The notes: generated from the letters alone by a model not told the origin. Numbered from the stretch's first letter, positions 50,086 to 64,000 are shown. The stretch: DNA of 64,000 nt from Tubiluchus corallicola (GCA_030141605.1 JAQGDQ010000886.1:1-64000), one strand, 5' to 3'. Made by a program: numbers and translations.

Positions 50086-50917
50086 GTTTGACTTCCGGTT
50101 TTCTTTGCATCTGTGGTTTTGTTGCATTTTCACTATCATGAACGTGTTTCGTTCTTTTCTGTTTTTATTTATTGTTCACTTTTAAATGTTTTGTTTTATT
50201 TCTTCTTTTTTATCATTTTATTTTTTCTCCTTCATTGTCTCATTCTCTGTTCCCTCTTTCTTCTTCCTTTCTTTTCTTCTGTTTGTTTTTTCTGCTTAAG
50301 TTTTTCCCTTTTTTAGTTATATTCGTTAATTTCATGTCTTTTCTTGCTCCCATTAATCTTGTTCATTCTTTAAAAGAACTAAAGTCAGTAGTCACTTACA
50401 ATAGTGTGTTAACAATATACATTCAGTCCTAAAAGGGGAAGCCTAGCAGAACTATCAATTGACTTTCTTAGACTGCCAGTCAAAATTATGTTACAGTTGG
50501 TAAAGTGTTCCACGCAGAAACAGTCCTTTATGAAACGTTAGAAGTACAGTAATTAAAAGGGAAGATTTAAAAGCGGTATTAAAAATGAGCAAGTAAAAAA
50601 TCATTTTAGAAGCAATAACGTTAAGAAAATTTAGCTCATTTTTGCAAAATTAATTAATATCACATTCATTTTCTTCAAAAGCGGCATTTGGAGAATTCAA
50701 GGTCATCGTCTAAAATTTTTTAAAAAACCATTTGAGCAGCCTAACCAGAATCCAGAATCCAGTTTCGGTTTTAGTTCTCATGTATTTCCTTGTACCTTTC
50801 AAGTTATGATTAATAAAAACTATCGGCCAGAAACTGTCCTTTGATCTTGGCCCACCTGCACATTATAAGCAAAATGTAATGTGAAACTGTTAATCGCTGT
50901 TATTATTCTTTATTAAG

Positions 50918-51040
50918 ATGTTGATGAATGCAAATCAAGGGCAACTAACTTGTGCGATCATACCTGTATCAACACACCTGGTGATTACAGGTGCATCTGT
51001 GACGAAGGTTACAAGCTATTAGATAACTACAGATGCGAAG
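50918..51040 (+). CDS. Mosaic protein exon 5: calcium-binding EGF
   Basis: [40 protein letters not shown]; 123 nt, phase 1-1. Confidence 0.92.
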
Positions 51041-54000
51041 GTTTGTAAATAATAATTTCTTTAAAACGGTGAGCCTAAGTGTATCATTAGTTACATGTAA
51101 ACTGTGAAACTTGTTGTGAGAATTACTGTTATAATTGTCCGAAATTTTTGCACCTTAACGATATCTCAGCACCTTGGGGGTGTAAAGATCTGAATAGCGT
51201 GTAAGACGTCAATTGATGAAAAGAACTAAAAACAAAATTGCTACTCGAAAATAAAATTTGAAATTTATTTACTCCAAGTTTTCAAAGTCCTTCAAAGACA
51301 CCCAAGCGTATAACACGAAATGAAGTCGTTTATCAAAGTTGCGTACAATGTGAACTTAGCGTTTTTCTAATCCTGCCTTGAAGATATATAGATATGTATA
51401 TAGGCTAAGTTCAAGATTCTATAGAAAATTCTAATAAATAACGTCTAATGGCAACCAATTCGCTGATCAAACAGTGCCAAAAGAGAAGGCGTTCGCAAGG
51501 ACAATTTGAATTTGCACAAGCCAGTAGCCATTATTGCAACGAAACGTATCTGTGGAAGCCACTGTATAACAGTTGCGTTGAATTTTATAGCACCAAACGC
51601 TATTTGCTTGTATACCTAATAACACTACAATTTCTTTGCAATAACCTGAACAAATAAAGCGACAATATAAACTTTCTTCGCTTGCGTGATTTGAAAAGCG
51701 CCACGTGTTAACCAATGTCTTTTCTGCGCAGATGACTTGGTAGATCTTTCTGTAAGGTTGTTCAGAACAGACTGACGTTTCAATATCTTGATTTTCCACA
51801 AATGAATGCTTGTATCACATTAATTACATACTAGTTATATGAAAAATTAAAATGACATCATAGTCTAAGGTTAATTGTTTGAATTTGTTTCCTTTTGAAT
51901 TCGGCCAAATCGAAGGATTGATGTAATTTCTTAAGTGGGTTTTACATATTACATTAATTACATTTTAATTACACAAAAAATTAAAGCCACGAAGATCTGG
52001 GGCAGATTTTGTCTAACCTAATAAGATTCTAACTCTCTCATTTTTAATTAATACTCTGTATTTTACTCCATTATTTTGTAGCTTGAAATTTGGTACTATG
52101 TAAATTGTTAATTGTTAATACGCTTTGTATGTCTTTAAAACAGCTTCATGTTACGTATATGTATGCATGCGAGTGCGACTAAATTTGTGAAACTATTCTT
52201 TAGTTCAGCCCTAAGTTATTAATAATAGCCAACAAATTATTTCTTATTTTCGAGATTACCACATTTTGATTTCTCTTTCTTTATTAGACACAAGTTAGTC
52301 TATCAAATCATATATGCATGTATTTGCAATAAGTAAAGTATCGCAGTTTACATCTTAAGGTTTTACATCTACATGGTTTTAGACCTTTAAAATACGGAAT
52401 TATTTTGTTTTCAGCTAACTTATGCTAACAAACTCAACAGAAGAAAGTAGTCATTCTCATAAATTTAATAGTTTGTCCATTACACATCAGGCCATTCGTG
52501 GGTATTGGTAATCTTTCAGCATACGCAAGGTTTCAGCGTTTACACTGCTTCATTTTACTTGTCATTCGACATAGGCGAAAATACTTAGCAAACAATTTAC
52601 TCTCATCATGTCATTATTTTTGTCCCACATTGCAACACCAGGCACTTACACCGTCGTTGCAAATTCTAGCCCTCCCAGTTTTGATTTCTACTGCTTGAAA
52701 GTTAAAAGCCATAAAGACAAAATAAGGAAACACCTTTGGGAATGTACAGATGCGAAAACTTTACTTTTAGTATTTTGCTCGTAACTTATAATAAATCTTC
52801 TAAAACAACAAAATAATGTAACTTATGAAAGGCATTGAGCCTTAATCACGTGCTTCGCTGAGATGAAAACGACGATGAAAAAATAATAAATGATTTTAAA
52901 CGCTTGTAGCCGCTTCCTGTAGGCTATCATCAAGATCAAAGTTTTTACTTGTTCGTCCGTTTTTATTACTGCCACATTATTGTAAGTTAGTAGGTTGTAA
53001 TTCCAGGAAACTAGGCTTACATATTCCTTGAATTTCTGGGCGCTTTCTGAACTTTCTAGTCATTTTAACTTAATTTTTAACATTTTTACACGAAAAATTT
53101 CTTCGACTCTCCAAAGGTTGATATCATTTCGCGGGCTGTAGAGACGTATTCAGTAAGTTCGGGAGGAGAGGACACACTATGAAATGGCACTAGTCTGAAT
53201 GCAAAATCTTAAGAGTCAGGCTTTTTCGAACACATTACTGACAATTATTATTTCACTTGACGGCTATTCTTGATCTTCATGATCACCAATAATAAGCGCC
53301 ATCTGTACTGATCACTAAGTCTTGGTTGTCTTAAATCTCTGGATAGTGTTAAATCATCCAAGCAAAATCTTAAAAGCCTTTTAAGAGACTTAAGGCGCCA
53401 GAGATTTTACATTTTCCTACAACGTATCTGCAAGTTTTAAAGATATTGTCAACATTTCCAGCAAGTTCGGACTTACTGTAACATAGATTCTGTCATTTTC
53501 ATTTTTAGCCTCCTATGGACACCGTTTTCAGAAGCATATATGGCATTGTTAAATTCGCTTAGTGTTGTACTCGTCCATCTATATCTAATGCATGGCGCGG
53601 TGACCATAAATAAGTAACGTCTGCCACTCAAGAAGCCTGTCTGATTTCCCATTAAGCTTCATTTCACGCTGCAACCCGTTCAGCGCACAAAACGTCTGTT
53701 ATCATAAACCACATTAGTGGGAGAATTAATGCCTTCTGCCGCAATAACCATCCGACATGTCAAGTTGGAGACGCAATATTCACGGGGCGTTTGTCAGAAG
53801 GGCGCTTTGGAAACAATAAACATTGGAACTAATCACAAGAGTGGCAATATTTTTGCAAAAACTAGTCCGCACATTTTTAGATATTTTAAACTACGTTCAT
53901 GATTATTTGTAATTTGTGATTAGCACCTGTTTAATCTATCAGCATAACAACTTCTATAGTATTTATTTAACACCCTTATCTGCGGCGTTTTCTGCCACGA

Positions 54001-54481
54001 ATCGAATCATATTTTACATGTAATTTGACTTAAATGAGTATTTCATAAAAAACTCTATAAAAATGGTAACGTTCTGAGAGTGGCAAAACACCAGAGTTTA
54101 GGTTCCAAGAATCTGAATTTGTACACGAATTTTTAGTTAAGTACCAATTTAACAATCCTTGGGCCAGATTTATGAACGGCCATCGATTACTTTTGTTGGT
54201 AACGCTTAAAGGATAGTAGATTTAAGTGGGATCTATCATACTTCGCAATATTCGTAAAATGTTTCTTGAAGGTTCATTAGTACGCTTGATAAATATGTTA
54301 AGAATTTCTTACGAACATCGTTAATTTTTGAATCGGTTTTATGAGTGTTGTTGAGAACGCAGTTGGACCCTGATCTGTGGAACGCAAAATGACTCCTTCA
54401 GTTTGGATTGTGTAGAAAGCATATTGCATATTTTATTAAGTTTTGCTCGTAACCGTTAAGTTTTATGACATTTTCGTCTAG

Positions 54482-54637
54482 CTTGCAGGAAGAATACTTA
54501 CAAAAGAGACGTGTCCAATGATTGCGAGTTGTGTCCCAGTAATTCCCATACTAATGGGGTAGCCAAGACTTCGTCATCTGACTGCATCTGTGACGACGGT
54601 TTTAAAGGAGATCCAGGACGAGGAATCGCCTGCGTCG
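54482..54637 (+). CDS. Mosaic protein exon 6: GCC2/GCC3 (ephrin-receptor-like) repeat
   Basis: CRKNTYK...CELCPSNSHT...TSSSDCICDDGFKG...C; phase 1-1. Confidence 0.9.
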
Positions 54638-54729
54638 GTAAGTGGTTCCATATTAATATGTTGTTTCTCTTTTTCAAAAACACGTGACATTATCCATATA
54701 ATAATGGTTGGAAGAATCCTAGAGTGTTT

Positions 54730-55210
<481 letters not shown>

Positions 55211-57294
55211 ACTTTATCTTACTAGTTACAACAGTATTTAGGCCATTGCTACATCTACGTCATACTCACTTTATTTTTTGGCGGACTTAGGCTATTAAGC
55301 TTCAGACAAGCACTTGTACCCTGAATGCAATTTCCGCAATATAGTTTACACATTTATCGGGCTTTGGACTTTGATTCGATTGATCGTTTAAGCTACAATT
55401 CATTAGAGTGCCTCTGATGAAAATAGACTCTCAGTCGTGGCAAATATTGATCAGTTTAACTACACACGGTAGTTTTATTGATAGGGCTACTGCCGTAAAG
55501 TTTCGGGGTCAATCGTTTTAAGAAATCTTTGGCCATTTTAAGCACACTGTGATCAGATTTTATATTGATAAAATCAGGCATTTAAGCATAAACGAATTTA
55601 TTTAAAAAACATCCACACAAATTCCAGTAAGTTTAGGTCATGTATCGCGGTAGGTCGACGTCGTCTGTCTTTAAAACTGACTGTAAAATACAAAGTACAG
55701 TGTTAAAATAATTTTTTCTAAATTCAGATTTGCTCAGAAACTATTATAGTGCCTCGTTACATATTTCTGCAAAAATTAATTATGGAAGATAATATACGTT
55801 AAAATAACTCACTAACTTTTAGTTTAATTGTTTGCAAGTAGGCCTAAGTATAAAAATCACTTTGACCAGTAAATATCAATTTTAATTAAACTCAACGGTA
55901 ACACTTCAGATATAAAGCGTCACCCCAAATGAAAGGTGATAATATAATAGTGTGTAAAACTGTGCATTTGGTAAAAACAACATGCGCAATCTTAGAAAAG
56001 AAGAGAAAAATTTGATAGTTGCAGAGTGCAGCACTCTTTAATGGGACGAGACCAACTTAGCATAGCAATCGGTATTATCTCTCAGTCTGGAATCTTGTTT
56101 TTCTGCTTGATTACTTAAATGTCTTGAAACGATAAAACAACCGAGAGTGGTGAGCTACTAATATAGAACCAGTAGCAAAAAATATTTAGATAAATGCAAC
56201 GCTAGATTTAAGGAATGATGTATCGTGGGCAGTGCGGCGGATAGGAGGGTCTGGTGTCAACAGATGGGGCGTGTCATAAAACGTATAACCAAACGACGAC
56301 GATATTATTATGGCCTTTAATTTGGGGTGGTTTTATATCTGAATTTTTGCAGTTGAATTTATTTAAAGGTGATCTTAGATAGACGGACGAGCACACCACT
56401 AAGCGATTAAAACTAGTCAAAGTCATGATTTTTAAACTTACTTGCATACAACTTTTCTAAAAAGTAGTGAGTGGTTATAACCTATATTATTTTCCACAAT
56501 TAATTTTTGGTGGAAGTGTGTAACGAGGTACTACGAAGGTTTCTGAACAAATGTGAGTTTACAAAAATTATTTTAATATTGTATTTTGTATTTTGCAGTA
56601 AGTTTTAAAGGCAGCCGATATTTTTTATTTGAAAAACATTAGCAAAGCTTAACCTGTTCCGTAAAAAGAGTATGATGCGTAAGAAATATACGAAACGTAA
56701 TACATCTACGAAAGCTTTATTGTTAACGAATTGTCATTATTATAATTGATTGCGCTACATAATGTTTCAAACAACGATGTAATATTATGGGGTTACATTG
56801 GCAAGAAACGGTCTATAGTTCCACACTCCTGTTCCAGACTTTATTCAAAAGCTTTCGAAAGGTGCGTTTTATTTATTCAGTTGAAGTTTAAACAAACGTA
56901 CAAGAAGGCTCAGCGATGAACATCATATCACAAATTAATGGAATTTACCTGCTTTTTTGTGTATTTTAGTTCATGAGACAATAAAGATTTACCGACACAC
57001 TGAGGTACTTGACAGTTAGGCCTATTTTTCAAATTCCATTGACATGAAAGACCCAAACAAAAGTACTTCTAAATTAAGTCTGTTTTCCGTTTGACCGCTT
57101 AATGCCTAATTAGCCACTGTCAGGTGTAAAACAGCCCTCACACCATAAATTCTCTTGAATTTGTTTGGTTATCTCGACTTCGTCAAACCAAACATACTTC
57201 TCCCCTTGTGCGAGTGGTTTCGCCCGCGTGTAATAAGGATTCGTTAAAGTAACATAAACATAAATTTTCGTTCTAACGATGTTGCATCTTGTAG

Positions 57295-57417
57295 ACATAA
57301 ATGAATGTGATTACAATAACTTTGGCTGCTCGGACAAGTGCTGGAACGTTGATGGCACAGCGTACTGTACATGCCCGCTAGGATTTTATCTTGGAGACGA
57401 CGAGAAGACTTGCAAAG
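57295..57417 (+). CDS. Mosaic protein exon 7: cbEGF
   Basis: DINECDYNNFGCSDKCWNVDGTAYCTCPLGFYLGDDEKTC; 123 nt. Confidence 0.92.
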
Positions 57418-57839
57418 GTAGAATAAATATACCGAATAAAGATTCCATCTTACATTAATACATCTGTTAATTCATGTGTTAATACGCCACGAGGTCGAGT
57501 TTTGGAGTTAGGACTGCTAACACAAAAATTCAAATACTGATTGCTAAGAACGTAAAGCACTGTGCTTTTAGGCTTACAATGATGTCAATGACACGCGACA
57601 CAAAGCAGTGCACTTTCATTTGACGCAGCCATTATGACAGGTACAACTACAACCTGTAATAGTACAAACTCAGAATAAATTAAAATTTCCTACCCAAATT
57701 ACTTCAAAATAAGAAAATTAATTAAACCTAATTAGTAAGAATCACCATAGTGCTCTAATCTGACTGATACAACATTGGAAATGCTGAAATTTATTAATTG
57801 GCCAGGCATAACAAATGAATTTTCTACTGTCTTAATCAC

Positions 57840-57930
57840 TGAGGAATGCGGTGACTTATTGGTTTAAGGCGTCTGCTTGTATATAGAAGATTCCTGATTC
57901 AAATCCAGGCTGTATTGCCAGTTTTTATAT
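57840..57930 (+). mobile_element. tRNA-derived SINE head remnant
   Basis: ggtgacttattggt...gattcaaatcc resemble A and B boxes; no cloverleaf. Confidence 0.3.
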
Positions 57931-58629
57931 ATCCCATCTTTCAAGTTTGTTTCGTATCAAATTTTAAATAATTGTGGGTTTGCTCCTTTTTTAACAATGA
58001 TCTTAACATTAAGATTACAAGAATTTTTTGCTACTTTTCTCTGCAGCTTCAGAGCAATAGAGACTAAATATAGCTAAATACCAAACTTGAGTAAAAATAC
58101 TAGGCAGGCCTATTCACGGTCCAGGTTTATGTACTTCCTTTTGAAAATATTTTTATAATCTAGAAAATGCTAACAAATGCACGTATTGAAAAAATGAACT
58201 GCTCCGAAGTTGAAGCAAAGTGATTTGTAGAACTCCTGCCCGCAGCCAATCGTAATTTGTCCATCACAATGCTAAAAGTGCTATAAGCCAAAACCCAAAT
58301 TCTATACCAGACTTACTGAGAAACTTGCGCATTTGTTTCTTCGCATTTCTGCTATAATCAAATTTAATATAGTCTTGTGCCATCTAAACGTAATCAATTG
58401 AATGCCAATATCTGTTAACTAACTTACCTTCAAATTGTTTATAGAAGTTTACCATTTATTTCAGTAATACCCAACACGTGCATTCCGTAGGTCTGATTCA
58501 AGTTTACAGTGACTACAATCCAAGAAATACAAAAACCTACTATAATGATTAACGTAACAGCAATGTGATTATAAATTACGTAAAGTAATAACAGTTTTTT
58601 TAAATGTATTAACAAACTTGTTCTCATAG

Positions 58630-58752
58630 ATGTAAATGAATGCAATCAAAGTAACGGCGGATGTGAACAAAAATGCGTAAACACAGAAGGCAGCTACTAC
58701 TGTACCTGCGATCCGGGTTTTACGCGCAATCCGAAGACCAGAGAGTGCGAAG
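58630..58752 (+). CDS. Mosaic protein exon 8: cbEGF
   Basis: [31 protein letters not shown]...C; 123 nt. Confidence 0.92.
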
Positions 58753-59369
58753 GTGAGTATATGCAGCTTCCTTGCTCATGATAAGTGAGATGGATAAGTG
58801 ACTTCGGAGAGGCAGATAAACAATATTGAATTCAATTAACACTTCCAAAGCCAAAGTTAATTAAGACTGTCCGTAGACCTACAAGCAGAATGAAGTAATG
58901 ATTGCACAATATTACACAAGTAAACGGCAACTAGTAGATAGTAATCTTCAGCGAGGTATCATAGACCGCTCAATTTAAATAATATAAATTTTGTACTTTT
59001 TTTGTACTGTTGCAACAAAAGTTGTGTTTCTGCAACTATTTATTTATTCTCGAAAGAGACTAAAGTCAAGCTCACATGTCGACGTCGTCGTCGTCGTCGA
59101 CATGTCGATGTTAATGAACTTTGCAACGTCTGTATAAAGTCGCCTCTTACACTTGTAAAATTCTTCCCGAGCCAAAAGAAAAGATCTCCTTTTTTATGTA
59201 AGTGCAGCAAAAGCTAACTTCAGATTGGTCAATCTGATATTCACAATCGTATTCACGAACATTTGAATTTTTAAGTTAGTTTCGACCGTTTCATCACCAA
59301 TTATTGCACAGTGTCTCAATCTTTGTCTCTTTTTCTCTTTTCCAACCTATCCCTTTGTCCCACCCAACC

Positions 59370-59373
<4 letters not shown>

Positions 59374-59410
<37 letters not shown>

Positions 59411-59480
59411 CCTCTCTTTCCCTCTCTGTCTTTCTCTGTCTGTTTTTCTGTGTGTCTGTCTGTCTATCTGTCTGCATCTC
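59374..59480. repeat. (TC)n / TCTG low-complexity tract
   Basis: TC run followed by degenerate TCTG. Confidence 0.9.
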
Positions 59481-59540
59481 TTCTCCCTGTCTTCCTTCTT
59501 GAAACTGTGTGTGCCCTACTACATAACGTTATATTCCTAG

Positions 59541-59663
59541 ACATTGATGAGTGTCGGATTGACAATGGTGGCTGTCAGCACATATGTATGAACTGGCATG
59601 GAACCCACATATGCAAATGTTATGATTTTTTCCACATTGCAGAAGACGGAAGATCATGCAGAG
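59541..59663 (+). CDS. Mosaic protein exon 9: cbEGF
   Basis: DIDECRIDNGGCQHICMNWHGTHICKCYDFFHIAEDGRSC; 123 nt. Confidence 0.92.
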
Positions 59664-60313
59664 GTAAGGATTAGTTCAACAGAAGTTATTACTCAATTGC
59701 TATAGTTAGGGTTAAGCAACAAGGGAAACATTTTTGAAAGCATTTATATTTAAAAACTGTCTTCGCCAGAAACCTGCTGGGAATTTCAAACACGTCACCA
59801 TAATGTGCCTCTTAGAGATTAAAATCATGTTAGCATTGATCTCCTATTAATGCTGTCACTTGGCTTCCAGATTTAGATACATATTTTATAAATATGCAGC
59901 CAGTAAATTTCTGAACCCTATGGGTGAATAATGGACGTAATTTAGCGAAGTGGATAAATTTTTACAGCAATTGAAAATTCTCAAAAATGGTGGCTAGAAA
60001 CGAACTGAATTAACAAGTGGAAGCGCCTCTTTAATTAAGAAACCTTGCCGCTTTAGTGAGACGTGTATGTGTGCATGTACAAAAAGATTCACTATTTGCA
60101 AACGCATATACTACACAACAAACGGCTGCCGTGTCAGCAGAGCAAACGGCAGCAGTAACGTTCTCAACTTTCTGGTGTCCGTGCCGCTGCCCGCCATTAC
60201 TTCTGGCCACTGCCCAGTCGATTTTTCTTAACTAACACTTTTCATATTCATCAAAAATTACAATAACTTTTGGGCTGAGTGAGAATTCCTAAAAAAATCA
60301 CTGTAATTTTCAG

Positions 60314-60511
60314 AAATTACATGTCGAGCTTTGGAAGTGCCAAAATTTGGTAAGATGATGTGTAGCAGTGACAACGTAACTTCGTCGGGAGATTACCGCG
60401 TGGGCGTGAGTTGTGAGATATTCTGTGAAAAGGGCTACAGGCGCAAAGGCGGCACAGCTAGAATATGCAGCGATGATGGCACGTGGAGTGGTCGCAAGAC
60501 TAGATGCATAC
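60314..60511 (+). CDS. Mosaic protein exon 10: CCP/sushi 3
   Basis: TCRALEVPKFGKMMC...CEIFCEKGY...CSDDGTWSG..TRC; 198 nt. Confidence 0.92.
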
Positions 60512-61098
60512 GTAAGCACCAATGTGCTTTATAACCTTGTAGCCTGAAAAATGCTTTATTATAAATTTTGTAAATTTGATGTCGCTTGGTTACTCTAAAT
60601 CAGTCTGAGTAATAATTTAGAAGTAGTAAAATTAGATTTGGTTGTAATTTTAACAAGATAGAGTCCCGGTCTTGGATTTTTTAAAAGCAATTAGATATTA
60701 TTGCATTCGTGGTTTCCTAAACCTGATCCTTGAGTAATGTATCGTACAAGACGTCTTGTTTTTTACATGAATTCGGTTCCCAAAATCGCTAGTTGGTCAG
60801 AATATGGCTCTAATAGCTAACACGCTGAGCCTAACTGTCCTTAACAAATTTCTCAAAAGGCGGAGTTGTCACTAGGATTTCTCTGGGGACAGCCAGTCGT
60901 TCTTCAAGAATCACGAGAATAGGAAACAGAGTTACCATAAAGATGGAATGAGAGTCTCTTGAAAAAATCTTGCAGTTCACACAAAACAAAGGAAAAAAAG
61001 GAAATTCTGTTGCTCAAAATGTAAATTGAAGTAACATTAACAAAATAACTAAGTTGAATTTTTTAGAAGAGTAAATTATATGTATTCTTTTTGAACAG

Positions 61099-61296
61099 CG
61101 CAGGAATGTCCAAAGCTTTCTCGTCCCGAAAATGGCGACGTACACCCAAGAGAATGTTACGAAGGCGGCATTCATGTTGACCAGATCTGTGAGTTTAGCT
61201 GTAAGCCCAACTTTGAATTGCGGGGCGAGCCGATACGAAAATGCAACCGCCGGCGGAAGTGGAAACCACGTGGAAATACTCCAAAATGCGTTGCAA
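61099..61296 (+). CDS. Mosaic protein exon 11: CCP/sushi 4
   Basis: ECPKLSRPENG...CEFSCKPNFELRG...C...KW...PKC; 198 nt. Confidence 0.88.
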
Positions 61297-61454
61297 GTTA
61301 GCGACTACTATAAATAATGCTCATTAATAATAATAGAAAACACAAACTGATAAACCTCTACGCTGTTCGTGGCCGTCACTATTATTAGTATACTATATAA
61401 AGCACTACTGTTACCGAATTGCAACTAGAAGTATCGTATAGAACAGTATACTAT

Positions 61455-61550
61455 AAAATAAAATAGAATAGTATAGTGTAGTGTAGCGTAGCGTAGCATA
61501 ACGTAACGTAGTGCAGTGCAGTGCTGTACAGTACAATATAGTACAGTTAG
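61455..61550. repeat. Degenerate 5-bp-period microsatellite
   Basis: ataga/atagt/gtagt/gtagc/gtaac/gcagt/acagt series. Confidence 0.8.
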
Positions 61551-61557
61551 TTTATTG

Positions 61558-61650
61558 TACTATCACTTCTCATTTTGCACAATTTTTGACATAAAGAAGG
61601 AATGTGTCCTTTCTTATGTTAAAAATCGTGTAAAATGAAAAGTTGCAGTA
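61558..61650. repeat. 93-nt imperfect palindrome (intronic)
   Basis: 44-bp arms with 9 mismatches and a 5-nt loop. Confidence 0.8.
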
Positions 61651-62131
61651 AATTAAAAGCCACTCTATCGGTAGAGTTATGAGACGTATTAAAGCTCATT
61701 AAAAACAATCATTTCCGTATAAATTCAGAAGTCTTTAAGCAACAATAAAACGAACCACTACATTTCTTAGAAAATTTCTTCTTTCCAAAATCAAGTGACA
61801 GGTTTTGGCACGTTATTTTACACAAATATCGCTTGACAGTATTTGACATAATTTATTATTGTCATTGAACTGATTAAAATTATTGATTTAATTTCTCGGG
61901 GCGTTTAGACAGTGAAATAACGAAGTATGAATATCATCATAAAGGGGACATCATCATCAATACAATAAAACATGTTTTTCAGATTGGACCGCTAACTGAT
62001 CACAAAAACGGCACGATCTTCGCTCTCCCAAAATATTAGTAACAATTCTAAAGTTGTTTTAACAAAATGTCAACAAGTACCTGTTGTTTGAGCTACAGAA
62101 GAATTTTCCAAATTTCTATTCGTTTTTCCAG

Positions 62132-62250
62132 TTTCCAATGATCCATTTATAAGTTGTCCACCAGATGTCACTGTAGAACTACCACTAAATTCTTCAGCTG
62201 TAAAAATCAAAGATTTGCCACAGCCTACGACGAATTTGGATAAAATAGAG
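62132..62250 (+). CDS. Mosaic protein exon 12: HYR 1 N-half
   Basis: PFISCPPDVTVELPLNSSAV...PQPTTN; phase 1 in, phase 0 out. Confidence 0.85.
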
Positions 62251-62881
62251 GTATGTTCGTCAAACACTGTTTTTTGTGCATGAGCATTTACAAGATTGTG
62301 TAGCTTTGCGAGTCTATGAAAGCTTTGGTTTACATTTTATATATAATTTTCATATTAATATATAGGTACATAAAGATCTTTAAAACTGAAAGCGCCATTG
62401 CATGTAAAAATATAATTTGGGATATAATTTATTTCTTAATAAAAAATCAACAGAAATGATGTATCAAACTGCAGAAACAAAAAACGAATAGAGAAACGAC
62501 ATGTGAACAAGCAGTAATTGCGCTTAAGATAATTTTTTTCGCACTAATCGCAATTCCAACCATTTTAAAATAATAGTATCAATTAATACAGATATATCAA
62601 TTGGAAAAAAATTATTAAGAGAATTGAATTTGTACGTTCAGATATCTTCACATTGTATCAAAGTTAACATTTAGCATAATGGCACTAAATCTTAATTAAT
62701 AAAATTACCCAGAAACAGTTCTTTTTAAAATCATACATTAAAGCCCTAAATTGCTTGACAACATTTGTTTTAAGGTAGTCATGGAGTACGGTACCAATGT
62801 TTCCTTGTCAACAAAAACTTGCACAAGCCTTTTTTACAGAAGAATGTTACACCTGTAAAATTTTCCCATTTTCATTATCAG

Positions 62882-63005
62882 TTGTCTCCGAGTTGGGCGG
62901 AAAACAGCGCCGTGTTTCCTTTAGGACCCACTCAGCTAGAATGGGCAGCATTCAGCAGAGATCGCCTGCAAAAGAAAACCTGTACAATGACGATTTTTGT
63001 TGTAG
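62882..63005 (+). CDS. Mosaic protein exon 13: HYR 1 C-half
   Basis: SPSW...FPLGPTQLEWAA...KTCTMTIFVV; phase 0 in, phase 1 out. Confidence 0.88.
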
Positions 63006-63639
63006 GTAAGAGCAGACAGGTACTCCTATATGAAATCACATATTAAAATATTTTGTGAAAGATTTTCTCCAGTAAATTTAATTGTCTTGTTTTCTTACTA
63101 TTATAATATGTGAGCGTCCTTCGTGAAATATTGGGAATTTGCTTCTCCATGACCTTGTGACTAATTATTACCAGAATCATTTACCTAAAGTCTGTACCTG
63201 CCACTGATACAGACTCTAGAGTCTACATGAAACTTACAATATGATCAGGCATTGGAACATATTTTAGTGTGAATGGGCTTCATCAATGGGAAGAAAAAGG
63301 AATTTTAAAGTATATCTCAAAGAACTTTCCATACAAAAATATACCTATCACTTAGAATTATGCTTACCAGTTTGAAAAGTAATTTAAACTTTTGCTTAGT
63401 TAGTGAAGCATGCGTTACGAATGATGGGATTATTTTTTCATATTTTACGCAACGCTACCTAAACGTGTTTCAAACAAATTACAGTTAAAATTGCTTTACA
63501 CGGCATTATAGCCAACGCAAGCTCTGTTTGCAACAATTAGCAAGTGATATAAAATTTTAAGACGAATTTTTCTTAAGCTTTTTTAAGAAGAGTGTTTGTC
63601 GTGTTTTAATTAAGTTCACGTTTAATTATAACCTTTTAG

Positions 63640-63776
63640 ATAAACAACCACCCACACTAGTTCAGCCATGTCCAGCATCATTTGATGTAGAAGCAGTGGA
63701 TGGGTGGGTGAATGTTTGGTGGGATGAACCTACATTCCAAGATAACGTAGCTATATATGGAGTTCAGAAAACACAC
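63640..63776 (+). CDS. Mosaic protein exon 14: HYR 2 N-half (gene continues beyond the window)
   Basis: DKQPPTLVQPCP...VNVWWDEPTFQDNV; donor GTAAGT. Confidence 0.9.
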
Positions 63777-64000
63777 GTAAGTTTTATATGTTGCTATAAC
63801 ATGTATGTAATTCACATTCAAGCTTAGCATTGGAGTGGAATGCAGTACATGCTACATTGTATGTATCATAACATAAGCAGTCAAAGAGGGGCCGAAAGCA
63901 GCATCAACAAAAACAGCAGAAACAACAAGAACACAAGTAGTAGCAGCCGACAGATACCTGCAACAGCGACACCAATGATAGCTGTCATTACACCACTAGC

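Noticed and set aside
57840-57930. tRNA gene
   Set aside because: Only degenerate A/B boxes; no cloverleaf can be formed, so SINE remnant at best.

Overview
AT-rich, intron-rich invertebrate (metazoan) genomic DNA; no prokaryotic features, CRISPR array, rRNA or intact tRNA were seen. Five protein-coding genes can be built from GT-AG splice sites with matching phases. (1) The terminal exon of an aminergic-type class A GPCR (+, 2523-3699; exon 1 lies left of the window). (2) Its complete two-exon paralog in convergent orientation (-, 14784-14363 + 11876-10676, ~540 aa). (3) A GT7 beta-1,4-glycosyltransferase, probably a beta4GalNAcT (-, 22343-22195 + 18626-17738, ~345 aa). (4) A group I nucleoside diphosphate kinase (-, 4 exons, 34507-31957, 157 aa). 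(5) A large secreted mosaic protein (SP-CCP2-EGF2-GCC-cbEGF3-CCP2-HYR2..., +, at least 14 exons from 40076, running off the right end). The intergenic and intronic space is full of mobile DNA: a young 5'-truncated LINE sitting in (TC)n, several LINE relics, an internally deleted DD41D Tc1/mariner element, hAT-type and palindromic MITEs, LTR-like and SINE-like pieces, and microsatellites. The most striking structure is a ~99%-identical A-B-A-C-B rearrangement at 36-6102, best explained as a tandem duplication of the GPCR last-exon region followed by deletion of the exon from one copy. All family assignments come from motif recognition by eye; no database searches were run.
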